A stretch of DNA of 25,180 bases from an uncultured virus (IMG/VR IMGVR_UViG_3300046171_000301) (taxonomy: Duplodnaviria > Heunggongvirae > Uroviricota > Caudoviricetes), in the IMG/VR virus record IMGVR_UViG_3300046171_000301. The stretch is one strand, 5' to 3'. Under the pieces are notes generated by a model that worked only from the letters and a program-made list of their open reading frames with translations, had not been told where the DNA came from and did no database searches. A program made the translations under genes and the position numbers. Positions 24,587 through 25,180 of this stretch are shown here, one piece after another (within the stretch, counting starts at the first letter, position 1; every line of letters begins with the position of its first letter).

Positions 24587-25180
24587 TTTGGACTTACATT
24601 TACCACTATTGTATCCGCTACGTTCGCTACTTATATTCTTATATACCCAATTAAAAAATAAGGGTAAGGAGTAGGAATAAAAAAGGAATATATAGCGAAA
24701 TCACTGTAGCTAGCGTAGCGACTCAAAAATAACGCTAATAACCCAAGCAGGGACACGGTTTTACTCGCTACAAACACAGCCTAAATATGGAGTGACCGAT
24801 ATTCACTGCACATAATCATACATTTCCTTATAAAAGCCGCTATAGAGGGCTAAATTTGGTAGAAAATTTCTGACATATTTAATACCCTCAGTACCCGACT
24901 TGTCGGTTGAACAAAAAAAATAAACTAGTGACTACGCTTGTGTCACCTACGTTGTATTGATGTTCACTCATTCACTAACGTTCATTCGTTCACGTTTGTA
25001 CGTGTGTTCGTGAACTCAAGTTTCACTTTCGTGTTTACTCACGTTTGTTCGCTGTAGTTTTAATTACTGTTACACTTTCGTAACATAACTAAAGATCTAC
25101 AGCTCACGTTTGTCATCGCATTATATCTCTAACTTACTTCGTTCGTTGATACTAATGTCGCTGACTCACGCATATACTTA
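24587..25180. other. Structured non-coding region; candidate genome end, packaging site, origin or ncRNA
   Basis: No ORF of 60 aa or more. Nested inverted repeats at 24616-24720, TCACGTTTGT x3, a hairpin at 25051-25103, and nine same-strand CT(N)NCG motifs. Confidence 0.6.

Noticed and set aside
24895..24920. ccga-cttg-tcgg hairpin followed by an A-run as a terminator
   Set aside because: The T-run would precede rather than follow this stem on the minus strand, and the stem is very short.
24990..25170. TCACGTTTGT repeats with 49-65-nt periods as a mini CRISPR array
   Set aside because: The repeat is only 10-11 nt, the spacing is irregular, the spacers are themselves self-complementary, and there are no cas genes in the window.
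1..25180. Stop-codon recoding, introns or inteins in terL/MCP/portal, tRNA genes, integrase
   Set aside because: Genes tile densely under the standard code, terL and MCP have normal lengths without insertions, and I saw no tRNA cloverleaf or recombinase motifs.

Overview
A 25-kb segment of a tailed dsDNA bacteriophage genome covering virion morphogenesis, read almost entirely on the minus strand. The host is very probably a cyanobacterium, because the window carries a cyanobacterial group-2-type RpoD sigma factor. From right to left: a structured non-coding region (24587-25180); a long run of Gly/Ala-rich, probably internal or ejection virion proteins, including an S74 autocleaving-chaperone fusion and an oppositely oriented lambda-R-type lysozyme fusion; a probable terminase small subunit, the terminase large subunit and portal; a scaffold-like protein overlapping the portal gene by 515 nt; a metzincin protease, the sigma factor and a NUMOD4/HNH endonuclease; then an N4-gp56-like major capsid protein, a decoration-like protein, a terminator, an HhH DNA-binding protein and a probable head-tail adaptor. 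No tail sheath, tube or tape-measure gene is recognisable. Most interesting: (1) a peptide tag R-[L/M/F]-A-G in seven unrelated unknown proteins, often at a terminus, which may be a capsid-targeting or cleavage signal; (2) three paralogues sharing an ungapped ~70-aa carrier domain with different cargos; (3) the long portal/scaffold dual-coding overlap; (4) a perfect palindrome over the capsid start codon; (5) TANNNT boxes ~20-26 nt upstream of most genes; (6) a strand-biased array of C-GNA-G/C-GNNA-G mini-hairpin motifs at the right end. All assignments come from motif recognition by eye; no database searches were run.
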